From the NCBI GenBank assembly GCA_016283195.1, contig JAEEML010000063.1:1-57604 (forward strand): DNA of 57,604 nucleotides. The letters run 5' to 3'. The notes beneath the pieces are model-generated. The model searched no databases, had not been told where the DNA came from, and saw only the letters and a list, made by a program, of their open reading frames with translations. This document shows positions 19,379 to 29,860 of this stretch, one piece after another. The first letter of the stretch is position 1, and each line of letters starts with the position of its first letter. The translations under genes and the position numbers were made by a program. Source of the stretch: Deltaproteobacteria bacterium (GTDB taxonomy: Bacteria; JAEEML01).

Positions 19379-19411
19379 ATTTTTTTAAGCCCAAGCAAGG
19401 AGTTAATAATT

Positions 19412-20005
19412 ATGGGTGGTAATTACGGTTCCAATTACAGTTCCAGGGCTACCGGTCCGCGGATGAGCTTTGGCAGCAGAAATAGCCAAATGCAAAAACT
19501 TGAAGCCCTTTTTGGCGGCAAGGAAGAGGTTAGAGGCCCGGCCTCGCGCACGCCCATGTCGCCGGCCGGTGGTCGCCGGGCCCTGGAAGAAAAGCTCTCT
19601 TTAGCTTTTAAAGCCGCCAAAGAGGCCGAAGAAAAAGAAGCCGCTAAAGCCGATAGTGTGCCTCTCCCGGCCACGGAACAAGAAAACATAAAAGCCCCCT
19701 CAGCTTACAGAATGCGCCTGGAGCGCATAAAAAATGCTACAGATGAGGCGGAACTCAATGCCGCCATCAGCACTTTTGTGGCCAGCCATGAACTCCCCGG
19801 CGATATAGATATTATCTTAAAAGTCCTGGCTCATCCCGATGAAAACATTGTGCGCAAGGGGCTTTCGGAACTGGTTGGTATGGTGGAGCGCAAAGAAATC
19901 GGCGGTACCAGCCTGATAAATGAGGCCCTCGAGAAGCTGGAAAAGCGTCAGCCGGGGCCGGAAGTACGCTCCTATATTGATGGACTTAGAGCCATGTTGG
20001 CTTAG
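19412..20005 (+). CDS. Hypothetical protein (disordered N-terminus, helical HEAT-like C-terminus)
   Basis: 197-aa ORF with AAGGAG RBS and host-like codon usage. Confidence 0.75.
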   Translation: MGGNYGSNYSSRATGPRMSFGSRNSQMQKLEALFGGKEEVRGPASRTPMSPAGGRRALEEKLSLAFKAAKEAEEKEAAKADSVPLPATEQENIKAPSAYRMRLERIKNATDEAELNAAISTFVASHELPGDIDIILKVLAHPDENIVRKGLSELVGMVERKEIGGTSLINEALEKLEKRQPGPEVRSYIDGLRAMLA

Positions 20006-20107
20006 TTTGCCCGGTCTTTAGCGGTGACAATGTGCAATTTTTTTAATTTTACTGTTTTCCTATATTGCTTTTTCACTTGGAGATGTGGCAGTAGTAGCCG
20101 CAAATCG

Positions 20108-20123
20108 GAGTACAAAAGTACTC
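20108..20123. promoter_or_regulatory. Palindrome, candidate operator upstream of the acidic-protein gene
   Basis: GAGTAC-AAAA-GTACTC, just upstream of a TTGCAA-N18-TATGCT sigma70-like promoter (20140-20169). Confidence 0.35.
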
Positions 20124-20223
20124 TCAAAAGAAGTTTTTGTTGCAATATTTTTAATTGAGTATCTATGCTAGGTGCACGGCTTGGGCCGCTGCATCTGAGA
20201 CCTGTCTTTAATTGGAGGAAAGC

Positions 20224-20661
20224 ATGGTCGCAAATTTTGAAGATTATAACGGTGAAGAAGAGCTTATTTCTTATGGCCCGCGGCGCGATGATTATTCTAC
20301 TTTTGAGGAAGTCTATAGCGTCGATGACGATGAGAATGAAGAAGATGAAGACGAAGATGACGACGACGATGACGACGACGACAATGACGACGATGACGAC
20401 GATGATGAATATGTAGATGATGATTTTGATGACGAAGAAGATGATGATTTTGTAGATGATGATGATTATGACGACATCTATGATGATGGCGGTGAAATAT
20501 TAGAGCTTGATGACGGCTACTCCGGCAAACGCTTTGTCAAAGACTACGATGAAGACGAAGAAGACGAGAACGAAGACGGCCTCTATGAAACCAGTGAAGA
20601 CGAAGAGGAAGACGAAGACAATTTTGACGGAGATGATAACGATTACCTCGATGAGGAGTAG
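20224..20661 (+). CDS. Extremely acidic (Asp/Glu-rich) low-complexity protein
   Basis: GGAGGA RBS then ATG 20224; 145 aa, roughly 55-60% D/E by manual count; mixed GAT/GAC/GAA codons. Confidence 0.75.
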   Translation: MVANFEDYNGEEELISYGPRRDDYSTFEEVYSVDDDENEEDEDEDDDDDDDDDNDDDDDDDEYVDDDFDDEEDDDFVDDDDYDDIYDDGGEILELDDGYSGKRFVKDYDEDEEDENEDGLYETSEDEEEDEDNFDGDDNDYLDEE

Positions 20662-20691
20662 ATTCCTCCGCTCTGAGAGTGAGGGCAATAT

Positions 20692-21357
20692 ATGCGTCCG
20701 GTAAAGAAAGAACTGTCACCTGTAGTAAAATCAATTCTTGCTGATGTGCAGTGCACTTCTATGGGGGGTATTCGTATTCCCAAAGATAAATTTATGATGT
20801 GGATCAGCATTTTGCGCAAGCAACACAAAGGGAATGACAGCATCTTTCTGCAACTTGTTGTCCTGGGTGTTTAATTTGTGCGCCAACATGTGAACTTTGT
20901 GAGTGATCAGTTCTTTATCATGGCCGCCGTTGGTCTTAATGCCGCTCGCGTGGGGGCTATTATTGCCCCGGAAAACGTGGAAACCAAAGTGGCCAGTATG
21001 TTTGTGCAGAAGTTTCAGTCTAATTCTGCAGCTATCGGCACAGGTGCTGCTTTTGCGCCTTTAGCGCCGCATCAGCGTGTTCAGCGGACAAATACGAATG
21101 GCACAGGTGGGCATGATGCGGCAATTCGTGTTGACCTGCAGCGCCAGCAGGAGAATAGCCACCGGCCGGCCGCTATTATCGAGCGCGACCAGTTGCCAGG
21201 TTCTCCGGCACCGCAGAGTGCTCTGCATCAGCAGTTGCCACGAGCTCCGGAACGCACAATAGTTGATAACAGTAACCATATTGAATTGCCCACCGAAGAG
21301 CAGGAAGGCCGTGAAAGAACCCGCATCGAAGGCACCGGCCGCACCCACCGCCCATAG
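20692..21357 (+). pseudogene. Hypothetical protein interrupted by one in-frame TAA (20872-20874)
   Basis: ORFs 20692-20874 and 20878-21357 share a frame: ...LQLVVLGV*FVRQHVNF...; only the first has an SD-like sequence and an ATG. Confidence 0.6.
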
Positions 21358-21416
21358 CCCATAATTTTCTATATTTCTCTTAATAATCCGGCCGCTTTAT
21401 TCCTAGAAAAATGCAC

Positions 21417-22172
21417 TTAGACCGGGCAGAGCAAATAGCCCATGATGCCCTGGCACTTTTCGGCGCAAGCCGGCACAATGGTGCCGTTTTCCCAGCATGT
21501 ATTGGCATTTTCCCGGCCGCCCCACCAAAATTCGGCGGCGGCGAGCGGCCTTTTTCCAGCTAAATTGGCCCATTGCAAAATTTTGGGCAGGGCGCAATCG
21601 CCTACGCCTGTGGGAATGCCGTGGTGGGCATATTGCGGCGGTGGAGTCCAGACTTCCGGTAGACTCTTTAACTGGCCGTTTTGATTCGCTATTTTGTATA
21701 GAGCCTGATTTTCGGCACAGAGGCGGCCGGATATTTGGCGCCGCTCTTTCTTTAAAGCGGCTATTTCATTTGGAGAACCATTATTCTTTTGTAATTTTAT
21801 AATCTTATCGGTGATGGGGTTAACTAAGACGCGGGCGCGGTGAGCAATATCAGCTAATGCTTCATGGTCGGCTATGTGGGGAGCAAAGCCCTTTAGGCCA
21901 TATTGCCTATGAATTTGCCCGGAAAAGGCGAGAGCAAAAGTGCCGTCTTTAAATTCGCAAATAGCCACCATTTTGCCTTCATTACTCAAGGCGAGAGGTA
22001 ATAAATCGGCTTTATCAAAAGGGGGCGGGCAGGGGGGCAAAGTTTTGTCCCTGGCTCCTTTTTCCAATATGCGGCAAAATTCAGCGGCTAAATTTATAAG
22101 GCGCTCGGAATAGGGCAAAATGTGTAAAGTGTGGCAGATGGGGCAGAGCCCAAGGGCGGCAGCAGAGGGCAC
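21417..22172 (-). CDS. Stand-alone homolog of the N-terminal domain of long RluA-family pseudouridine synthases
   Basis: GKMVAI, AFSGQI, LKKERRQIS, PTGVGDCALPKILQWA, PLAAAEFWWG, PACAEKCQGIMGYLL; no pseudouridine synthase catalytic domain. Confidence 0.7.
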   Translation of the reverse strand: MPSAAALGLCPICHTLHILPYSERLINLAAEFCRILEKGARDKTLPPCPPPFDKADLLPLALSNEGKMVAICEFKDGTFALAFSGQIHRQYGLKGFAPHIADHEALADIAHRARVLVNPITDKIIKLQKNNGSPNEIAALKKERRQISGRLCAENQALYKIANQNGQLKSLPEVWTPPPQYAHHGIPTGVGDCALPKILQWANLAGKRPLAAAEFWWGGRENANTCWENGTIVPACAEKCQGIMGYLLCPV

Positions 22173-22174
22173 GA

Positions 22175-23665
22175 TTATTCGGCATCCCAGTTGCGGCCCA
22201 GACGCTGGCCTAAGAGGTAATATAATTCCAGATATTCGCCGGCAGCCCGCTCCCAGCTAAAGTCGCTCTTCATGGCTCTTTCTTTAAGCAGAGTCATGAG
22301 CTCACGATCGTCAAAGAGGCGGCGGGCGCGAGTTAGGGAATCGGCTACAGCTTGGGAGGAAAAGTCGTCAAAAGTTATGCCGTTGCCGTTTTCTTCGTTC
22401 CATTCGTAATCAAAAACGGTATCCATCAGGCCGCCGGTGCGCCGCACAATGGGAATAGTGCCATAAACCAAGCTAATCATTTGATTTAATCCGCAGGGCT
22501 CATAGCGGCTGGGCATGATGAAAAAGTCGCTGCCGGCTTCAATTTGGTGGGCCATTTCTTCACTGAATTTGGTCTCCATGAAGATGGCGTCCGGGTGGGT
22601 GGCGGCCAGGTTTTTAAAAGCCTCCACATAGCCGGTTTCGCCGTTGCCGCAAATAGCCAGCTGCCCGCCCAGAGAGAGCCAGTATTCGGCATTGTTTATT
22701 ACATGCTCCACCCCTTTTTGATAAGCCATGCGGCTAACCAAGCCCAAAACAGGCTTATCGGGAGCCACTTTAAAACCGCATTTTTTTTGTAAAGCGGCTT
22801 TGCATAGGGCCTTGCCGCTAGGATCTGCTGCTGAATAGTGGGCGGCAATATAAGTGTCTTTTTGGGGATTCCAGGTGGCGGTGTCCAGGCCGTTTAAAAT
22901 GCCGAAAAGATCCCAGTGGCGGGCTCTTAGGAGACCGTCAAAACCATAGCCATATTCTTGGCTGGTTATTTCCCGCGCATAAGTGGGGCTCACGGTGGCA
23001 ATGGCGTCGGCATAGGTGAGGCCGGCCTTTAAGAGGCTGATATTGCCGTAAAATTCTAGGCCATCGGCCGAGAACATTTCGCTGGGCAGCCCTAGTAAAT
23101 CCCACATAAAGGGCTGGAAAATGCCCTGGTAGCCCAGATTGTGCACTGTGAGCACCAGAGCGGCGTCAAAGTGGGCCATATTGGCGCCGGCGGCAATGAG
23201 GGCAAATGAAAGGCCGGCCTGCCAGTCGTGGCCATGGATAATTTGCGGATTTAAGTTCAGGCAGGTGGCGACGATTAAGGCAGCTTTGGCAAAAAAGGCA
23301 AAGCGCACCAGATTATCGGCATAATCGCGGCCATCTTCCTGGTAGAGACCAGCGCGGTTAAAGAGCACCGGCGAACCGATGAGATAACAAGTTACTTTAG
23401 CTCCACCCTGTTCCAGGTAAGCGCGGTATAGATGGATGGCAAAATAGCCGGCCGGCCCCATATCGACATTGTAATCAAAGGGCATGGGCTCTATTTGTGG
23501 CAGCTGGTAAAGCGGATTTTTAATAAACTGATCATAATATGGCAAGATGAGTGACACCTCATGGCCGCCGGCTGCCTGGGCTAGAGGCAGAGCCCCCACA
23601 ACATCAGCCAGACCGCCGGTCTTGGCAAAGGGAACGCTTTCCGATGCGATGTGCAAAATTCTCAT
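22175..23665 (-). CDS. glgA: Glycogen synthase
   Basis: ASESVPFAKTGGLADV, HGHDWQAG, TVHNLGYQG, GILNGLD, SRMAYQKG, PSRYEPCGLNQ. Confidence 0.97.
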   Translation of the reverse strand: MRILHIASESVPFAKTGGLADVVGALPLAQAAGGHEVSLILPYYDQFIKNPLYQLPQIEPMPFDYNVDMGPAGYFAIHLYRAYLEQGGAKVTCYLIGSPVLFNRAGLYQEDGRDYADNLVRFAFFAKAALIVATCLNLNPQIIHGHDWQAGLSFALIAAGANMAHFDAALVLTVHNLGYQGIFQPFMWDLLGLPSEMFSADGLEFYGNISLLKAGLTYADAIATVSPTYAREITSQEYGYGFDGLLRARHWDLFGILNGLDTATWNPQKDTYIAAHYSAADPSGKALCKAALQKKCGFKVAPDKPVLGLVSRMAYQKGVEHVINNAEYWLSLGGQLAICGNGETGYVEAFKNLAATHPDAIFMETKFSEEMAHQIEAGSDFFIMPSRYEPCGLNQMISLVYGTIPIVRRTGGLMDTVFDYEWNEENGNGITFDDFSSQAVADSLTRARRLFDDRELMTLLKERAMKSDFSWERAAGEYLELYYLLGQRLGRNWDAE

Positions 23666-23727
23666 TTTACCGTGCCTCCACACAAAATTTTCGTTACTAT
23701 ACTAAGGAAGCGGCCATTCTTCAAGGC

Positions 23728-25113
23728 TTAATTAGCCTTAATTTTACCTTGCATCCACTCTTCCACGGCCTGAGAGGCAATGGGCATCTGGCCGCCGATA
23801 ATAACTGGCCCTTTATCCGTCACTAAAATATCATCTTCGAGACGAATGCCGCCAAAATCCAAATAATCATGTAATTTTGCATAATTAATAAAATCTGCGT
23901 GGCGTTTTTCGCCCTCCCACATCTTAATCAGTTCGGGGATAAAATAGATACCCGGCTCAATGGTCAGCGTCCAACCGGCGGCCAGCTCTCTTTTTAGGCG
24001 CAGGCAATTTAAGCCAAATTGGCTGGAGCGGGGCTCGCCCTCCGGGTAGCCCACGAGGTCCCCCAAATCTTCCATATCATGCACATCGAGGCCCAGCATG
24101 TGGCCGATGCCGTGCGGCAAAAACAGAGCATGAGCGCCGGCTTTTACCGCCTCCTCCGGATTGCCCTTCATGAGGCCCAGCTCGGTTAAACCTTTGGCTA
24201 TTTCCAATGAAGCGGCGAGGTGCACGGTTAAATTCTCCACTCCCACGGCTACAGTGTTTATGGCTTTGGTCTGAGCTCTATGCACAATGTCGTAAATCTC
24301 TTTTTGCTTTGCGGTAAATTTGCCGCTTACCGGGAAAGTTCTTGTAATATCGGAAGCATAGCATTCTTTGGACTCGGCACCGCTATCAATGAGTAAAAGC
24401 TGGCCCTCTTTAAGGCTATTTTTGTAAGTGATATTGTGCATTACTTCGCCGTGCACCGAAACAATGGGGCTAAAAGAGTGCTCGGCCGCATGTTTCGCCA
24501 TGATGCCGTTTAAAACAGCTAAAATATCATATTCGCTTTTACCGGGGGCAATGGCCATCGCCATGGCGTTATAAGCTTCCACACTGATTTTGTGTGCCGC
24601 CTGCATCTCTTTTATTTCCGCATCATCTTTAATGACGCGCAAATCCACCAGCGCTTTGGCCAGTTTTTTACTATAACCGCTGGCCACTTCGGCCGGGCTC
24701 TTTTCCAACATGGCACTCAGCCAGAGCAGCTGCTCACCTTGAAAAGGCGGTAAATAGTGCAGATTGTTTTGGCTTTTGCGCAAAATAGCCGGGAGTTCGC
24801 TGAGCGGTTTAACCTTATCAAGCCCCACTGTTTGGCCGAGCTCGGCCAGTGAGGGCAGGGGGCCGGTCCAGACAATGTCGTCCATTGAGGGCTCTTCGCC
24901 AAAGAGTGTATATTGGCCGTCTTGTAACAAGAGGGCCATGTCGGGCAGGTTGAGTCCGACCAGGTATAAAAAGTGCGAGCTCTGGCGGAAGGAAAAGGTA
25001 TTAGCCGCATAATTGCGCGGCACCAGCCTTTCGCCCAGAATAAGAGCCGTTTCGCCGGCCATCATTTGTAGTAATTTCTTACGACGTTCAATATATCTTT
25101 CAGTGGTAAACAT
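23728..25113 (-). CDS. pepP: Xaa-Pro aminopeptidase (M24B)
   Basis: FRQSSHFLYL, LLIDSGAE..YASDITRTFP, PHGIGHMLGLDVHD, TIEPGIYF, GGIRLEDD. Confidence 0.93.
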   Translation of the reverse strand: MFTTERYIERRKKLLQMMAGETALILGERLVPRNYAANTFSFRQSSHFLYLVGLNLPDMALLLQDGQYTLFGEEPSMDDIVWTGPLPSLAELGQTVGLDKVKPLSELPAILRKSQNNLHYLPPFQGEQLLWLSAMLEKSPAEVASGYSKKLAKALVDLRVIKDDAEIKEMQAAHKISVEAYNAMAMAIAPGKSEYDILAVLNGIMAKHAAEHSFSPIVSVHGEVMHNITYKNSLKEGQLLLIDSGAESKECYASDITRTFPVSGKFTAKQKEIYDIVHRAQTKAINTVAVGVENLTVHLAASLEIAKGLTELGLMKGNPEEAVKAGAHALFLPHGIGHMLGLDVHDMEDLGDLVGYPEGEPRSSQFGLNCLRLKRELAAGWTLTIEPGIYFIPELIKMWEGEKRHADFINYAKLHDYLDFGGIRLEDDILVTDKGPVIIGGQMPIASQAVEEWMQGKIKAN

Positions 25114-25172
25114 ATCTAATAACCTCCTTGCTCTCTAAAGGAGCGGCGTAACAATAGCAAATATTTTACTGT

Positions 25173-26999
25173 TTATGGAAGTGGGGAAAGCGGAATATTT
25201 TCGTCTAAATCGGCCAGGGAGCCGTTTTTAACGCTCTCAATAAGGTTTAATGAAGTGTTTAATTTGCCGCTTATAATGACATTGTCGCCATTTTTAGCCA
25301 AAACTTTTACAGCCACTTGGTGGGCCTGCTTATCTTCGCCGCTCACCCAGAGGTAAGTTTTATTCTTTTGGCCTAAAAGGAGCTTTTGGGGAATGATGTA
25401 AAGCTCTTCTTTGGTTGCAAGCTCCAAAAAGAGCGGCCGGGACTCTTTGTATAGCGTCTCGGTAATATCTTGTATTTTTACGGCCAGTTCGTTATCTTCC
25501 ACCTTTTCTACAACGGCAGAAATCTTTTTAAAATCAGTTTCTTCTTTAATGAGCAGTGCGACACCCTGGCCAGGGGTATACTCTTTTAAAAGCTCTTCCG
25601 GCAGCTTAAAAGAGGCTCTTAGAAGAGTTGGATCGATGATGGTTAGAGCCGGGTTTGCCGCTTCCTGGCCGGGGGCGATGGCAATTTTCTCAATGAGGCC
25701 GCTTATGGGGGCGGTGAGTACCTTGTTTTTGTAATCAGCGCCGCTTACCAAAGTATCAAACTCTTTTTGCGCGGCATACTCGCGTTTTTTGGCTTGATTT
25801 AGATCATCGGCCAATTTTACTTTGAGCTTTTGCCCGGCAGCCAGATTTTTATTGGTTTTTGAGAGCTCTTTTTTGATTTTTTGTACAGAGGCGCGATTTT
25901 TGGAACTACGCCCGGCACTAAGCTCCTTTATTTTAGCCAGATCTTTGGCTTTTTTTTCGTTAAGAGCGCTTAGACGCTCTTCGTTGCGCTCATTGGCGGC
26001 ACTTATTTTGGCTAGATCTTTTTGGCTTATTACCAGCTTATTTTTGGCTTCGGCAAATGGCCGCTTTAGTGCCTCGTCCATGGTGAGAGCAGCCAAAAAG
26101 GCGCCTTTTTCCACCTTGGCTTCCGGGGCAACTTCGAGGGCTTCTACCTGGCCGTTTTCGCCAAATGAGAGGGCACTTTTTTGTATAGCGGTAATTTTAG
26201 CCGGCCACTCTTCGTTAAAAAGCGGAGCGGTGTAGCTTTCTATAATCCTCGTGCTGACGGTTAGAGGAGCAACTTCAGCTTTTTTTTGTTTACAAGCGAA
26301 AAAGTAATAAGCGCCGCCGGCTAAAATTAGGGCAATTATTATAGCCAGAAGAATATAAATTTTGGTTTTTGAACCATTTTTTTGGGCTACAGGCTGTTTA
26401 TATTCGGCAGTTTCGATAGTGGTTTCCGGCGTGCCGACGGCCGCAGCAATTTGTGGATAAATCTTAGTTACTTCGTTCCAGATGAATTTTAGCTCACCGC
26501 CGGTTGGCTCACTGCCTAAAATAGAAAGGTGGCCCAGCATGGTGAGGTGGCGTTGATCGCCCGGTGAGGCCTCTTTAAGCTCCAGAAAATAATCCTTTGC
26601 CTGGTCAAAAAAGCCTTGTTTTATTTGCAAAATAGCGCTTGTTAGCAGGCGCTCCTCTTCCGCCGGATCAATCGAAGGCTCAATAAGCACATCAACCGTT
26701 TCCGGCTCATGAGCGGCTGAATCATCGTCCAGGTGTGTTAAAAAGTTCATGGAATCCAGCTGGCTGATAAAGCGGGTGAGATCATCTTTGGTGAGTGCAA
26801 AGTGCAGCTCATCGTTCACCAATTTAATGATCTCCTCAAAGCCTTTTTGACCGTCCATCTGCTGGGCGATCATGTATTCCATCTCATAAAGGCGCGATTT
26901 GCTCTTAGTTAGTGGATCTTCTACTTGGTAATAGACGATTCCCTGTTCTTCTTCGCGCTTAGCTACAAGGTCTGTTCTAAAGCATGGTTTTTTGCTCAT
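25173..26999 (-). CDS. Membrane-fusion/HlyD-like protein with N-terminal cytoplasmic PqqD-like and TPR-like domains
   Basis: N-terminal FRTDL..YQVEDP..MDGQK..FISQLDSMNFL, a helical segment, one TM helix, then LSFGENGQVEALEV / coiled coil / LTAPISGLIEKI barrel-sandwich hybrid. Confidence 0.65.
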   Translation of the reverse strand: MSKKPCFRTDLVAKREEEQGIVYYQVEDPLTKSKSRLYEMEYMIAQQMDGQKGFEEIIKLVNDELHFALTKDDLTRFISQLDSMNFLTHLDDDSAAHEPETVDVLIEPSIDPAEEERLLTSAILQIKQGFFDQAKDYFLELKEASPGDQRHLTMLGHLSILGSEPTGGELKFIWNEVTKIYPQIAAAVGTPETTIETAEYKQPVAQKNGSKTKIYILLAIIIALILAGGAYYFFACKQKKAEVAPLTVSTRIIESYTAPLFNEEWPAKITAIQKSALSFGENGQVEALEVAPEAKVEKGAFLAALTMDEALKRPFAEAKNKLVISQKDLAKISAANERNEERLSALNEKKAKDLAKIKELSAGRSSKNRASVQKIKKELSKTNKNLAAGQKLKVKLADDLNQAKKREYAAQKEFDTLVSGADYKNKVLTAPISGLIEKIAIAPGQEAANPALTIIDPTLLRASFKLPEELLKEYTPGQGVALLIKEETDFKKISAVVEKVEDNELAVKIQDITETLYKESRPLFLELATKEELYIIPQKLLLGQKNKTYLWVSGEDKQAHQVAVKVLAKNGDNVIISGKLNTSLNLIESVKNGSLADLDENIPLSPLP

Positions 27000-27044
27000 C
27001 AGCCCACCCTAAACAAAAGCCACCATAGCCTACCATTTTTAAAA

Positions 27045-27527
27045 CTAGTGTTCAATAGGGTTACTTAATAAATCGGCCGAAATTTCTGGTTCCGGCAATT
27101 TCAGCTCCCTAGCCAGCAGCATAACACTTTTGCGCACTTCGGCGCGCTTAAATTGTTTCTGCGCCAAAATAAGATCGTCGCCGCTTGTCTCCTGGCAAAG
27201 TTTACTGGCGGCATCCAGCTCGGCTGCTATATCGGCGCGGTTAAGTTCGCTGTAATGGGCCGCTTCGTTTACCAGGATAGTTACTGTTTCACCGCAGACT
27301 TCGGCAAAACCGTCGCCTACATAGTAAAGATCTTCTTTATCATTACCTTCGCGCAGAATGAGCGCTCCCTGGGTGAGGGCGGTAATGAGGTTTAAATGGC
27401 CGGGCAAAATTTGCAGCTCACCGTTTTCGCCTGGCAAAGTGACGGCAAAGACCTCGGCGCCAAAGAGCTGCCTGATGGGCGTCACGATGATGACATTTAA
27501 GGCACTGGGCAATTCCATCATGGTCAT
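27045..27527 (-). CDS. atpC: ATP synthase F1 epsilon subunit
   Basis: IVTPIRQLF, LPGENGELQILPGH, GFAEV; position after atpD. Confidence 0.92.
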   Translation of the reverse strand: MTMMELPSALNVIIVTPIRQLFGAEVFAVTLPGENGELQILPGHLNLITALTQGALILREGNDKEDLYYVGDGFAEVCGETVTILVNEAAHYSELNRADIAAELDAASKLCQETSGDDLILAQKQFKRAEVRKSVMLLARELKLPEPEISADLLSNPIEH

Positions 27528-27532
27528 GGCTA

Positions 27533-28984
<1,452 letters not shown>

Positions 28985-29857
28985 CTAATTGCCTAAAGCA
29001 CCGGCGCCGCCGATAATATCCAGCAGCTCGGTGGTTACCGCCTCCTGGCGGGCTCTATTATAAGATAATAATAATTTTTCGCGCATTTCCGCTTCGTTAT
29101 GGGCAGCAGCTTCCATGGCATTCATGCGGGCGGCGTGCTCGCTGGCGCTGCTTTCCAAAAGAGTGCGCCAAAGATGATAAGCTAAATAAAGCGGAGCCAG
29201 TTTATCCAAAAATGTTTTGGAATCTGGCTCAAAAATATACTCATCGGCCGGAGTGGCCGCCTCCTGCTGCTCTACCGGCATAATGGGCAGGGCTTGCTTT
29301 ATGACAATACTTTGGTGGGCCATGCTCTCAAATTCATGATAGATGAGAAAGAGGGCGTCCATATCGTGTTTAATATAAGAGGCAGCAAAGCCATCGGCCA
29401 ATTCTGAAACTTTTTGATAAGTTAAATTTTCAAATACCCCCGGATAGTTATGCAAAAGTTCATAATTGTTATGGCGGAAATAGTCATAGCCTTTGCGGCC
29501 GATTAAGGCCAGCTCTATTTTTACCCCTTTAGCTTCTTCTTCTTTGATAAACTTTTCGGCCTCGCGCAGCAGATTGCTGTTAAAAGCGCCGCACATCCCG
29601 CGATCGGAGGTAATAACCACCAAAATGGCCTTTTTTATCTCGCGCTGCTCCATAAAGGGGTGCATGGTGTGAGTGCTATCGCGGGCCGAAACGCGAGCTA
29701 AAAGGTTTATCAGCTGCTCGCTGTAAGGCCTTGCGGCTATCAGAGTGCGCTGGGCTCTCCGGAAACGCACAGTAGAGACATGCTTCATGGCGTGAGTGAT
29801 TTTTTTCGTCGTTTCCAGCGAGCGGATGCGCTTTTTTATTTGTTGTAAACTACTCAC
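28985..29857 (-). CDS. atpG: ATP synthase F1 gamma subunit
   Basis: IKKRIRSL..TKKITHAM, TSDRGMCGAFN, SEHAARMNAM, YNRARQ..TTEL; GTG start. Confidence 0.96.
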   Translation of the reverse strand: MSSLQQIKKRIRSLETTKKITHAMKHVSTVRFRRAQRTLIAARPYSEQLINLLARVSARDSTHTMHPFMEQREIKKAILVVITSDRGMCGAFNSNLLREAEKFIKEEEAKGVKIELALIGRKGYDYFRHNNYELLHNYPGVFENLTYQKVSELADGFAASYIKHDMDALFLIYHEFESMAHQSIVIKQALPIMPVEQQEAATPADEYIFEPDSKTFLDKLAPLYLAYHLWRTLLESSASEHAARMNAMEAAAHNEAEMREKLLLSYNRARQEAVTTELLDIIGGAGALGN

Positions 29858-29860
29858 GGC

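Noticed and set aside
20320-20480. GAT/GAC trinucleotide run as a microsatellite or array
   Set aside because: Explained by poly-Asp coding with mixed synonymous codons.
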